Source: Deltaproteobacteria bacterium
Lineage (GTDB): Bacteria; Myxococcota_A; Polyangia; Fen-1088
Direction of reading: 5' to 3'
DNA length: 64,000 nt
Assembly (NCBI GenBank): GCA_033763315.1
Contig: JANRKS010000009.1
Span: forward strand, 32,001 to 96,000
Shown here: piece by piece, positions 10,421 to 19,334 of the stretch
Layout of the letters: every line of letters starts with the position of its first letter
Position numbering within the stretch: the stretch's first letter is position 1
Notes under the pieces: model-generated
What the model was told of the DNA's origin: nothing
What the model saw: the letters and a program-made list of their open reading frames with translations, nothing else
Database searches by the model: none
Made by a program: the position numbers and the translations under genes

Positions 10421-11725
10421 ATGGCTGACGATCAACGCATAAAAGCAACGTATCTTATTGAAACGCCGCACCCGCTTGCCTACGCCGCCGAAGTGATGGC
10501 TGGCGAGCAATCCACGGGCACATTCATTCGCGTCCCCGGCGAGACAGATGAGCTGCGCGAAAAGCACGCAGCCCGCATCGAATCTCTCGAGGAGCTGGAG
10601 CCCGCGCATGCGCCCAGTTTGCCGGGATCCAAATCGCCCACCTCTGGCGGTGGCAGCCCCATCTACCGCCGCGGCCGCGTGGTGTTGTCGTTTCCGTTGT
10701 CGAATATGGGGCCTTCTCTGCCGAACGTGGCGTCCACGGTCATGGGTAATCTGTTCGAGCTGAGTCAGTTTTCCGGGCTCAAGTTGCTTGATTTGGATCT
10801 GCCGCACGCCTTCGCCGAAGCCTACGCGGGGCCGCAATTCGGGGTCACTGGCACGCGAAAGTTGGCGGGGGTTTACGATCGCCCGATCATTGGCACCATC
10901 ATCAAACCCAGCGTGGGCCTTTCCCCAGAAGCCACGGCTGAGATGGTGCGCACGTTCGCCAACGTGGGCCTCGACTTTATTAAAGACGACGAGTTGATGG
11001 CCAATGGCCCTCATTCGCCGTTTGAAAAACGCGTGGATGCCGTGATGCGGGTGATCAACGAACACGCTGATCGCACCGGCAAGAAGCTGATGTACGCGTT
11101 CAACCTCACGGACGAAACCGATCAGATGTTGCGCCACCACGATCACGTGGTGAAGCGCGGCGGCACCTGCGTGATGGTGAGCTTGAACAACGTGGGCCTC
11201 GCGGGCGTGGCGCATCTGCGCCGTCATTGCAGCTTGCCCATTCATGGCCACCGCAATGGTTGGGGCATGTTGACGCGATCACCGGCCTTGGGCCTTGAGT
11301 TCACGGCCTATCAGAAGCTCTATCGTTTGGCGGGCGCTGATCACTTGCACTGCAACGGGCTGCGCAACAAATTCTGGGAGCCCGATGATTCTGTTTTAAC
11401 CAGCGCCCGCGCGTGCCTGACAGGCATGTACGGCGCGCGGGGCTTCTTAGATTATGGTCCCGGCAGTTATACGGCGATGCCCGTGTTGTCATCCGCACAG
11501 TGGGCGGGGCAAGCGGTTGATACGTACAACGCCTTGCAGACAACCGACGTCATGTATGTGTGCGGCGGTGGCATCGTTGCACATCCAGGCGGCCCAGCGG
11601 CCGGTGTGCTGAGCGTGCAGCAAGGCTGGGAAGCGGCCATCAAGGGTGTTAGCCTGCAAGAGTACGCGAAAACCCACGTTGAATTGCGGCAAGCGCTGCA
11701 ATCGTACGGCGGCAAGGTCGCTTAG
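10421..11725 (+). CDS. oiaT: RuBisCO-like protein (form IV), probable 3-oxo-isoapionate-4-phosphate transcarboxylase/hydrolase
   Basis: GEQSTGTF, GTIIKPSVGL, GLDFIKDDE, HGHRNG, GGGIVAHPGG. Adjacent to DUF1537 kinase and apnO. OiaT versus OiaX is not certain. Confidence 0.7.
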   Translation: MADDQRIKATYLIETPHPLAYAAEVMAGEQSTGTFIRVPGETDELREKHAARIESLEELEPAHAPSLPGSKSPTSGGGSPIYRRGRVVLSFPLSNMGPSLPNVASTVMGNLFELSQFSGLKLLDLDLPHAFAEAYAGPQFGVTGTRKLAGVYDRPIIGTIIKPSVGLSPEATAEMVRTFANVGLDFIKDDELMANGPHSPFEKRVDAVMRVINEHADRTGKKLMYAFNLTDETDQMLRHHDHVVKRGGTCVMVSLNNVGLAGVAHLRRHCSLPIHGHRNGWGMLTRSPALGLEFTAYQKLYRLAGADHLHCNGLRNKFWEPDDSVLTSARACLTGMYGARGFLDYGPGSYTAMPVLSSAQWAGQAVDTYNALQTTDVMYVCGGGIVAHPGGPAAGVLSVQQGWEAAIKGVSLQEYAKTHVELRQALQSYGGKVA

Positions 11726-11743
11726 AAATTTAGGAGCGCGCCC

Positions 11744-13129
11744 ATGTCATTGCTTCTCACCTTCTTTGGCGACGACAACACCGGATCTACGGATTCGATG
11801 GACGCGCTTGCCAAGGGTGGTGTGAACACGGTGTTGTTCCTATCGCCGCCGGCACCAACGGATCTGCTGCGATTTCCAGGCGTGCAAGCCGTGGGCGTGG
11901 CGGGCATGACGCGAACGATGCCGCCCGATGAAATGGAAGAGATGCTGGCCCCAGCGTTTGTGGCGCTCAACGCGCTGGGCGCACCGCTTTGCCATTACAA
12001 AGTTTGCTCCACGTTCGATTCGTCACCCCACGTGGGCAGCATCGGGCGCGCCATAGATGTGGGCAGCCGCGTGTTCGGCGCGATGGTGGTTCCGTTGTTG
12101 GTGGGAGCGCCGGCCTTGCGTCGCTACACGTTGTTTGGGAATTTGTTTGCCACGGTGGGCCCGCAAACGCATCGCTTGGATCGCCACCCCACGATGAGCC
12201 GCCACCCCGTGACGCCCATGAACGAAAGCGATTTGCGTGTGCATCTTGCACAGCAGACCAGCAAACGCGTGGGCCTGTTCGACATCCTCGCTTTGCAAGG
12301 CAATTACGCCGAAGTCACGTTTCGTTTCGATGCCGCCTTGGCGCAAAGCCAAGCGGAAGTGATGTTGTTTGATGTGCTCGACGAAGAGCGCTTGGCCACG
12401 GCGGGCGAATTGTTGTGGAGGCAAACCAATGTGGGCAGCCGCTTTGTGGTTGGGTCCTCGGGCGTTGAATACGCTTTGGTACACGCGTTCCGTTCGCACG
12501 GCCTCATCCCGCGCACACCACCGAGCTTTGCTGCCATCACACCGGTGAAACAGGTGTTGGTGGTATCCGGTAGCTGTTCACCGGTGACGCAGTCACAGAT
12601 CGATCACGCGCTTGGCAGCGAGCGCGGCTTCGAAGGGTTTGAGGTGGATGCCGTGGCACTGCTTGATGCCGCCACCGCCGCTGGCGCACGTGAAGCCGCC
12701 GTGAAGCAAGCATTGCGCATCTTGGACCAGGGGCGTTCGCCGCTGCTCTATTCGGCGCGTGGCCCCGAGGATGAACGCATTAAGCGCGCGGAAGCGGCGT
12801 GGCGCACGAAAAACAGCGACAGCGGCGGCCCTGGCCGTGCGCTGGGCGAGCAGCTGGGCATGATTGTGCGCGCCGCGCTTGAGCGCTGGAACGAGAATGG
12901 CCCGCGCTTGCAACGTGTCGTTGTGGCGGGCGGCGATACCTCGGGGCATGGCGCGCGCCGGTTGGGCGTGCAGGCGCTGCGCGTGCTCAGCCCCACGGTG
13001 CCTGGCGCGCCGTTGTGTCGTGCGTACTCAAGCGATCCTGTGGTGGATGGCCTGCAAGTGTTGTTGAAGGGCGGGCAGGTCGGGCCAGCAGATTTCTTTA
13101 CGTCCATACGAGATGGCGGTTTTCGTTGA
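11744..13129 (+). CDS. oiaK: Four-carbon acid sugar kinase family (DUF1537), probable 3-oxo-isoapionate kinase
   Basis: GDDNTGSTD, YKVCSTFDS, SGSCSPVT, AGGDTSG, LKGGQVG. Confidence 0.8.
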   Translation: MSLLLTFFGDDNTGSTDSMDALAKGGVNTVLFLSPPAPTDLLRFPGVQAVGVAGMTRTMPPDEMEEMLAPAFVALNALGAPLCHYKVCSTFDSSPHVGSIGRAIDVGSRVFGAMVVPLLVGAPALRRYTLFGNLFATVGPQTHRLDRHPTMSRHPVTPMNESDLRVHLAQQTSKRVGLFDILALQGNYAEVTFRFDAALAQSQAEVMLFDVLDEERLATAGELLWRQTNVGSRFVVGSSGVEYALVHAFRSHGLIPRTPPSFAAITPVKQVLVVSGSCSPVTQSQIDHALGSERGFEGFEVDAVALLDAATAAGAREAAVKQALRILDQGRSPLLYSARGPEDERIKRAEAAWRTKNSDSGGPGRALGEQLGMIVRAALERWNENGPRLQRVVVAGGDTSGHGARRLGVQALRVLSPTVPGAPLCRAYSSDPVVDGLQVLLKGGQVGPADFFTSIRDGGFR

Positions 13130-13171
13130 TTTGTAACCTGCGCCCGTGGGCGCCTAAGGAGACCTAGGAAC

Positions 13172-14020
13172 ATGACCGAGAAGTTGACAATCGCGCTGAT
13201 GGGCGCCGGCGGCAAAATGGGCTGCCGGATCACTGACAATCTGAAGAACCGCGACTACAACATGAAGTACGTTGAAGTCAGCGAGCGCGGCGTGCAGAAT
13301 CTCGCGCAGCGCGGCCTTGCACCCACACCGCAAAAAGAAGCGCTGCGTGTGGCCGACGTGGTGATCATGGCGATTCCCGACGTGCTCATCGAGCGTTTGA
13401 GCCCCGGCATCGCGGAAGACATGAAGCCAGGCGGAATCTTGATGGCTCTTGATCCCGCCGCGCCTTGTGCCGGCAAGATGACGATGCGCAAAGATTGTTC
13501 CTACTTCGCAGCGCACCCCTGCCACCCGCCCGTGTTCAACGACGAAACGGATCCAGAGGCACGCCGCGACTTCTTCGGTGGCATTAAGGCCAAACAAGAC
13601 GTGGTGTGCGCGCTGATTCAAGGCCCCGAATCCGCGTACGCCATTGGCGAGCAAATCGCCAAAGAAATGTACGCGCCAGTGATGAACAGTTTCCGCGTGA
13701 CCATCGATCAGATGGCCATCTTGGAGCCCGCGCTTTCTGAAACGTCGGCGGCGACTTTGGTTGTGGCGATGAAAGAAGCCATGGACGAAGCCATCAAGCG
13801 TGGTGTGCCGGCCGATGCGGCGCGCGCCTTCTTGATGGGCCACATCAACATCGAGCTGGCGATTGTGTTTGGCGAAATCAACGCGCCATTCTCTGACGCC
13901 GCCAAGAAGGCCATCGAGAACGCCAAGTCGGTGATCTTCAAGCCCGATTGGAAGGAACAGATCTTCAATCCCGACAACATCAAGCGTTCCGTAGACAACA
14001 TCACCACGCCCGACAAATAA
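13172..14020 (+). CDS. apnO: D-apionate oxidoisomerase-like (NAD-binding plus PGDH_C)
   Basis: IALMGAGGKMG, DPAAP, HPCHPPVF, LEPALSET, FSDAA. Confidence 0.8.
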   Translation: MTEKLTIALMGAGGKMGCRITDNLKNRDYNMKYVEVSERGVQNLAQRGLAPTPQKEALRVADVVIMAIPDVLIERLSPGIAEDMKPGGILMALDPAAPCAGKMTMRKDCSYFAAHPCHPPVFNDETDPEARRDFFGGIKAKQDVVCALIQGPESAYAIGEQIAKEMYAPVMNSFRVTIDQMAILEPALSETSAATLVVAMKEAMDEAIKRGVPADAARAFLMGHINIELAIVFGEINAPFSDAAKKAIENAKSVIFKPDWKEQIFNPDNIKRSVDNITTPDK

Positions 14021-15076
14021 ATGCGAAATCTGTTGGTTGCGCGAGGGGGCCTACGTGTGGGGCTCAGGCGGCTGGCCTGCATGGCTTGTGTGGTTGGCTG
14101 CGCGTTGGGCGTGGCCAGCTGCCGCAAGAAGGATGGCCGGTTGACCGTGGGCGTGGCGTTTGAAACGCTGCAAACGGAATACTGGGTAGCCAGCTTCGAC
14201 ATCATGCACGCCGAGCTTGAGCGCAACAACATCCGCATGTTGGAAGCCATTTCAGATGGCGACGCCAACCGGCAGCTTGAACAGGTGAAAAGCTTCGTGG
14301 CCCGGCGGGTGGATGGGATCATCGTGGCGCCGAAGGACGCTCACACGGTGATCCCCATGATCAAGGCGGCCAACCGTGCCGGCATCCCGATCGTGATCTA
14401 CAACCGGCCGCCGGCGCCAACGAAAGCTGTTTCGGTCACCATCGGCACAGACAACTTCGGCATCACGAAGAACACTGTGGAGCATATGTGCACCTTGGCG
14501 CGCCAATCTCCGGCACCCGCGGGCAAGAAACACGAAGCGCTGCTGGTGATGGGCGATTTGGGCGACATCAATGCCATTGGGCGCCGCGATGGCTTCGATA
14601 AAGCCACGGCGGATTGCAGCGACGTGCTTGAGGTGGTGAGCCGCGTGCCTTCGGAGTGGAACCAAGAAAAGGCGTTGGCGGGCGTGACAAACGCTTTGCA
14701 GGCGCACCCGAACATCAGCTTTATGTTCACATCGTCGGACTTCTTGCTGCCATCGATCATGTCGGCGTTGAAGGCCGCCGGGAAGTGGGAGAAGGCGGGC
14801 CACGCGAACCACGTCATCCTCGGCGCCTTCGATGGTGACGCCACGGCGTATGAAATGCTGCGCGCGGGGTATTTGGATGCCGACGGCGTTCAGGATGCCT
14901 ACTTTCAAAGCAAGCTAACCGTGCAGGCGATTTTGGATATGCGTGCCGGCAAGCCAGTGGCCAACGTGAAGCTTGATCCTGGCTTGGTGGTCAACCAAAG
15001 CAACCTTGGCACCGAGGCAAGCCGCATGTGGGGCGCGGCCGTGGCGAAGCAAAAGGCCGAGAAGCCACAAAGCTAG
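14021..15076 (+). CDS. Sugar ABC transporter substrate-binding lipoprotein (RbsB-like)
   Basis: Lipobox VASC; DGIIVAP...AGIPIV..NR; GAFDG. Confidence 0.9.
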   Translation: MRNLLVARGGLRVGLRRLACMACVVGCALGVASCRKKDGRLTVGVAFETLQTEYWVASFDIMHAELERNNIRMLEAISDGDANRQLEQVKSFVARRVDGIIVAPKDAHTVIPMIKAANRAGIPIVIYNRPPAPTKAVSVTIGTDNFGITKNTVEHMCTLARQSPAPAGKKHEALLVMGDLGDINAIGRRDGFDKATADCSDVLEVVSRVPSEWNQEKALAGVTNALQAHPNISFMFTSSDFLLPSIMSALKAAGKWEKAGHANHVILGAFDGDATAYEMLRAGYLDADGVQDAYFQSKLTVQAILDMRAGKPVANVKLDPGLVVNQSNLGTEASRMWGAAVAKQKAEKPQS

Positions 15077-15103
15077 GCACGGGTTGCCGGAGGAGCTTTT
15101 TTT

Positions 15104-16147
15104 ATGTCGAATGGTTCTACCTTGATCGGATCTACATCAACGCCGGCGGCGCCTGTGGTTGTGGCTGCCGCGCGTGGAGCGCGCTGGCAACGGTGGCTGC
15201 GCGGCGACACCTGGGTGCTGGCGCTGGCGGTGGTCTATTTTCTTGCGTTGCTGCCCGTGGCGCCTGATTTGGCCAACCCTGAGAACCTGCAGTTGATCCT
15301 TTCAAATATGCTGCCGCTGCTGGTGGTGGCGTTGGGGCAAATGTTCGTGTTGATCACGAGCGGCATCGATCTTTCTGTGACGTCCACGATCGCTTTGACG
15401 TCTGTGGCGGGTGCTGGGACCATGGTGTGGCCGGCGCTGGGGCTGACGGGCACCGCCGCGATGCTCGCAGGTGCGGTCGCGATGTTGCTCATTGCGGGTG
15501 CGGTGGGGGCTACCAATGGCTTGGCCATCACGCGGCTATCCATGCCACCGTTTATGGTTACGCTGGCCACGATGATGTTCTTTTCGGGTGGAGCCATCTG
15601 GGCCACGCGAAGCAACGGCATCCCAGGGTTGCCAGAGGCGTTGGCCACGGTGTCGCAAGAGGGCTTCGGTTTTGTTCCCTACGCCTTGATGTTGGTCGCG
15701 CCGTTTGTTGTCGGCGCGCACGTGCTGTTGACGAAGTCCGTGTTCGGGCGGCGCCTGTTTGCCGTGGGACGCAACGCCAAGGCCGCAAGGGTCAGCGGGG
15801 TACCCGTGGCACGCACCGTGTTCACGGCCTATGTCTTGTGCGCGGCCTTCGCCGCCGTGGGTGCGTTCTTGTATACGGGCCGCTTAGAGACAGGATCTCC
15901 CGTGCTGGGCCAGCGCATCTTCTTGGATGTGATCGGCGCCGCCGTGATCGGTGGCGTCAGCTTGTTTGGTGGCAAAGGCAGCGTTGCTGGCGTGATCTAC
16001 GGCGTGCTGTTTATCACCTTGGTGGACAACAGCCTGAACATTCTCGGCTTCTCAAGCTTTGCGGTGTTGATGGCCAAGGGAACGGTGATTTTGTTGGCCG
16101 CGCTGTTCGATGCGATGCGAGCCCGCAAGGTGGCTGTGCGGGCTTAG
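15104..16147 (+). CDS. Sugar ABC transporter permease (RbsC-like)
   Basis: GIDLSV, FGRRLFAVGRNAKAARVSG, IGAAVIGGVSLFGG. Confidence 0.93.
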   Translation: MSNGSTLIGSTSTPAAPVVVAAARGARWQRWLRGDTWVLALAVVYFLALLPVAPDLANPENLQLILSNMLPLLVVALGQMFVLITSGIDLSVTSTIALTSVAGAGTMVWPALGLTGTAAMLAGAVAMLLIAGAVGATNGLAITRLSMPPFMVTLATMMFFSGGAIWATRSNGIPGLPEALATVSQEGFGFVPYALMLVAPFVVGAHVLLTKSVFGRRLFAVGRNAKAARVSGVPVARTVFTAYVLCAAFAAVGAFLYTGRLETGSPVLGQRIFLDVIGAAVIGGVSLFGGKGSVAGVIYGVLFITLVDNSLNILGFSSFAVLMAKGTVILLAALFDAMRARKVAVRA

Positions 16148-16154
16148 GGAAAAC

Positions 16155-17681
16155 ATGGCAAACGATCTCGCAAACACAGGCAACCCCGTGGCCTTGCAAT
16201 ACCACGGCATCACCAAAAGCTTTTTTGGTGTGCCGGTGCTCAAGGGCGTGACGTTCTCGCTGCGCGCGGGGCACGCGTTGGGCTTGGTGGGTGAAAACGG
16301 CGCTGGCAAGTCCACGATGATGAACATCCTGGGCGGCGTTCTGGTCGCCGATGGCGGGCAGCTGACGGTGAACGGGCAAGCCTACGCGCCGAAGAATCCC
16401 AAAGACGCCCGCGCCCGAGGCATCGCGTTCATTCATCAAGAGCTGAATCTGTTCGCAAACCTCAGCATTGCTGAGAACATCTTCCTCACGGGTTTCCCGA
16501 AAACGGGTTTGTTTGCGATCAAACGCAAAGAGATCAATGAACGCACCCGCACGCTGCTTGCTTCTGTGCAGTTGGCGGCCGAACCCACGGCCAAGGTTGA
16601 AACGCTTTCGCCGGGCGAGCGCCAGTTGGTGGAGATCGCCAAAGCCTTGGCTTTCGACGCGCGTGTGGTGATTTTCGATGAACCCACCACGTCGCTCACC
16701 GCCCGTGAATGTGAACGTCTGTTCGCTTTGATTGAAAAGCTGAAGGTGCAAGGGCGTTCCGTTATCTACATCTCGCACGCCCTCGAAGACGTGCGCCGCT
16801 TGTGTGAAGATTTTGTGATTTTGCGCGATGGGGAAGTGGTGGCCCAAGGGCCGCGCGAGGACTTCAGCCTGGATCGCATGGTTTCTCTGATGGTGGGGCG
16901 CAAGTTGGAGCAGCTGTTCCCGGCGCGCAGCATGGTGCCCACGGCCACGGCCTTGCTGCAGGTCGCGGGCCTCTCGCAGCCCGGTGTGATCGAGAACGTC
17001 AGTTTCACGTTGCATAAAGGCGAAGTGCTGGGCGTTGCGGGCTTGATGGGCTCGGGACGGTCAGAGACCGCGCGCATCTTGTTTGGTTTGGATCCCGCCG
17101 CCAAAGGCGAAGTCACGCTCGACGGTAAGCCATTTCCGAACCGCAACCCCGCGGCGTGCATTGCGCGCGGGATGGCGTTCTTGACCGAGAGCCGGCGTGA
17201 AGAGGGGCTGTTGATGGACGCTGACGTGCGTGAAAACGTTGCGGTGGCGGCGCTGCCGCGGTTCGCGGGGCGGGGGCTTGTGCTGCAAAACCAGTTGCAA
17301 CCGAAGGTCGATGCAGCGGCTCGGTCCGTGGGTTTGGCCGAAGGCAAGATCGCCAGCGGCGCCGTGAAGACCCTTTCGGGAGGCAACCAGCAAAAGGTTG
17401 TGTTGGCCAAGTGGCTGTTGACGGAGCCGTCGGTGTTCATTTTGGATGAACCAACGCGCGGCATCGACGTGGGTGCGAAAGCCGAGATCTACACGTTGAT
17501 CAATAACCTGGTGGCGCGCGGCGCTGGCGTGTTGATGATCTCGTCTGAACTTGAAGAACTCATCGGCATGTGTGATCGCATTCTCGTCATGCGTCGGGGC
17601 GAAGTGGCCGGCGTGGTTGATAAGGCGCATTTCGATCGCGAAGCGATCTTGCGTTTGGCATTCGGCGGAGGCATCGCGTGA
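16155..17681 (+). CDS. Sugar ABC transporter ATP-binding protein (RbsA-like, two NBDs)
   Basis: GENGAGKST, DEPT, LSGGNQQK, DEPTRGID. Confidence 0.95.
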   Translation: MANDLANTGNPVALQYHGITKSFFGVPVLKGVTFSLRAGHALGLVGENGAGKSTMMNILGGVLVADGGQLTVNGQAYAPKNPKDARARGIAFIHQELNLFANLSIAENIFLTGFPKTGLFAIKRKEINERTRTLLASVQLAAEPTAKVETLSPGERQLVEIAKALAFDARVVIFDEPTTSLTARECERLFALIEKLKVQGRSVIYISHALEDVRRLCEDFVILRDGEVVAQGPREDFSLDRMVSLMVGRKLEQLFPARSMVPTATALLQVAGLSQPGVIENVSFTLHKGEVLGVAGLMGSGRSETARILFGLDPAAKGEVTLDGKPFPNRNPAACIARGMAFLTESRREEGLLMDADVRENVAVAALPRFAGRGLVLQNQLQPKVDAAARSVGLAEGKIASGAVKTLSGGNQQKVVLAKWLLTEPSVFILDEPTRGIDVGAKAEIYTLINNLVARGAGVLMISSELEELIGMCDRILVMRRGEVAGVVDKAHFDREAILRLAFGGGIA

Positions 17682-18652
17682 CGCGCCTGAAAGATTTGTT
17701 GTTGCAGCACACGTCGATGGTTCTGTTCGGCGTGGTGTTCGTGGTGTTCGGCCTGCTCGCTCCGCGGTTCCTGGCCCTCGAGAACTTGATGAACATCCTC
17801 GTGCAGTCGTCGGTGCTGGTGGTGGGGGCGGTCGGCATGACCTTTGTGTTGTTAACGGCCGGGATCGATCTGTCTGTAGGATCCATCATGTTCCTGGCTG
17901 CCGTCCCCGCAGGTCATTTGGTTCAAGCTGGCCACTCGCCGTGGCTTGCGCTGCTTGCGGCGCTGGGTGTGGCTTTGATCTTCGGCGCGGTGAACGCGTT
18001 CGTGGTGGTGCGGCTAAAGGTCATGCCGTTCGTCGTGACGTTGGCCACGCTTTACATCGGCCGAGGCCTCGGGCTTTACATCACGCAAACGCGCGCCATG
18101 AACCTGCCAGAATCAATCTTGGCGGTCGGCTCGGCGACGGTGTTGGGCGTTCCGCTCGTGCTGCTGGTGGCGGCGTTTGTGGCGTTTGCGGCTCACTACA
18201 CATTGGCCCGCACGCCCTTCGGCAGGCAGGTGTATGCCGTGGGGCAAGACGGGGAGGGCGCACGTAAGGCTGGCTTGCCGGTGGATCGCATTCGCTTCAT
18301 CACCATGACCGTGTGTGCCGTCTCCGCGGGGCTCGCGGGTTTTTTGACAATCGCACGGGTGGGCGTGGTGTCGCCGAGTATGGGCAACCAACGGGAGTTG
18401 GCAATCATCGCGGCCGCGGTCCTGGGTGGCACAAGTTTGTTCGGCGGCCGCGGGCAGGTTTTTCCTGGCGCCGTGCTCGGTGCCATCCTGATCCAAACCG
18501 TGGAAACGGGTCTAGTCATCCTCAACGTTGATCCATATCTCTATCCATTCATTACCGCGACGATCATCTTCGTCGCCGTGGCGATTGACAGCGTGCGCAA
18601 TCTCGAAGTGGCCAAACGCGCCCTCAGGAAGATCAGGCCGCTCGGGGTTTAG
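17678..18652 (+). CDS. Sugar ABC transporter permease (second)
   Basis: GIDLSVG, FGRQVYAVG, IAAAVLGGTSLFGGRG. Confidence 0.93.
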   Translation: MTRLKDLLLQHTSMVLFGVVFVVFGLLAPRFLALENLMNILVQSSVLVVGAVGMTFVLLTAGIDLSVGSIMFLAAVPAGHLVQAGHSPWLALLAALGVALIFGAVNAFVVVRLKVMPFVVTLATLYIGRGLGLYITQTRAMNLPESILAVGSATVLGVPLVLLVAAFVAFAAHYTLARTPFGRQVYAVGQDGEGARKAGLPVDRIRFITMTVCAVSAGLAGFLTIARVGVVSPSMGNQRELAIIAAAVLGGTSLFGGRGQVFPGAVLGAILIQTVETGLVILNVDPYLYPFITATIIFVAVAIDSVRNLEVAKRALRKIRPLGV

Positions 18653-18873
18653 GGCGGGCCACCACATTTTCCCGGTCTTTTCTAGGTGCTTTGACTGTAA
18701 CGAGCGCCGGCCCCCTGTTGGTAAGCTTAACCAAGTTGCTGAAGGTCACGGCCAATGCACCTTCTTACCCAGCCAACTCTATCTAGTACTGGTACGCCTT
18801 GTTACCTTTTGCTATATGTATGATGTCTGGCGAGAAGTTATGAGATTTCATGAACGCCAGTTTGGGAGGGGCT

Positions 18874-19260
18874 ATGCACACCGAACAGAACACTGCTCTT
18901 GAGGTTCCCGAGCCGCGCCTGGGTCGTCGCCGAAGGTTCAGCACGGCTGAAAAGCGGAAGATTTTGGGTGAAGCTGATTCGTCAGGTGAAACGATCTCAT
19001 CCGTGGGACGCAGGTACGGTTTATCCGTAAGCCTATTGTTTCGGTGGAAGCGGCAGCTGGACCAAGAAGCGGCCGCCGCTCGTGCGGGAACTTCGGCCGT
19101 GGGCAAGTTGCGCGCCCGGTTGGCGTTGCTGGAGCAAGAGATTCAAAGCCTCAAGCGCGACAATGGCTTGTTGCGGGAAACTTTGGAGCGCGGCGGCCGT
19201 GCCGCTTCGATTCCCACCTTGCTGCCCGCCGACGGGCTTCGTCCAGACGGCCGGGCTTAA
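18874..19260 (+). CDS. Orphan IS3/IS66 OrfA-like HTH plus coiled-coil protein
   Basis: RRRFSTAEKRKIL...SVGRRYGLS.SLLFRWKRQ, heptad repeat, GGAGGGG SD. No OrfB or inverted repeats seen. Confidence 0.75.
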   Translation: MHTEQNTALEVPEPRLGRRRRFSTAEKRKILGEADSSGETISSVGRRYGLSVSLLFRWKRQLDQEAAAARAGTSAVGKLRARLALLEQEIQSLKRDNGLLRETLERGGRAASIPTLLPADGLRPDGRA

Positions 19261-19272
19261 CAAAGCCGGCGC

Positions 19273-19324
19273 AAAAAGAGCCAGCGGTGTTCCGTACCAT
19301 GGGTACGGTGCCCGCTGGCTTTTT
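19273..19324. terminator. Bidirectional terminator between convergent genes
   Basis: A5 - agccagcgg..ccgtacc atg ggtacgg..ccgctggct - T-run. Confidence 0.8.
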
Positions 19325-19334
19325 GTTTCGTCAA

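Noticed and set aside
10421-11725. True RuBisCO or CO2 fixation
   Set aside because: No rbcS or prk nearby; form IV-type motifs and a sugar-catabolism context.
9311-18525. Long antisense and alternate-frame ORFs (e.g. 10358-11251, 16014-17015)
   Set aside because: Shadow ORFs expected at high GC, overlapping well-supported genes.
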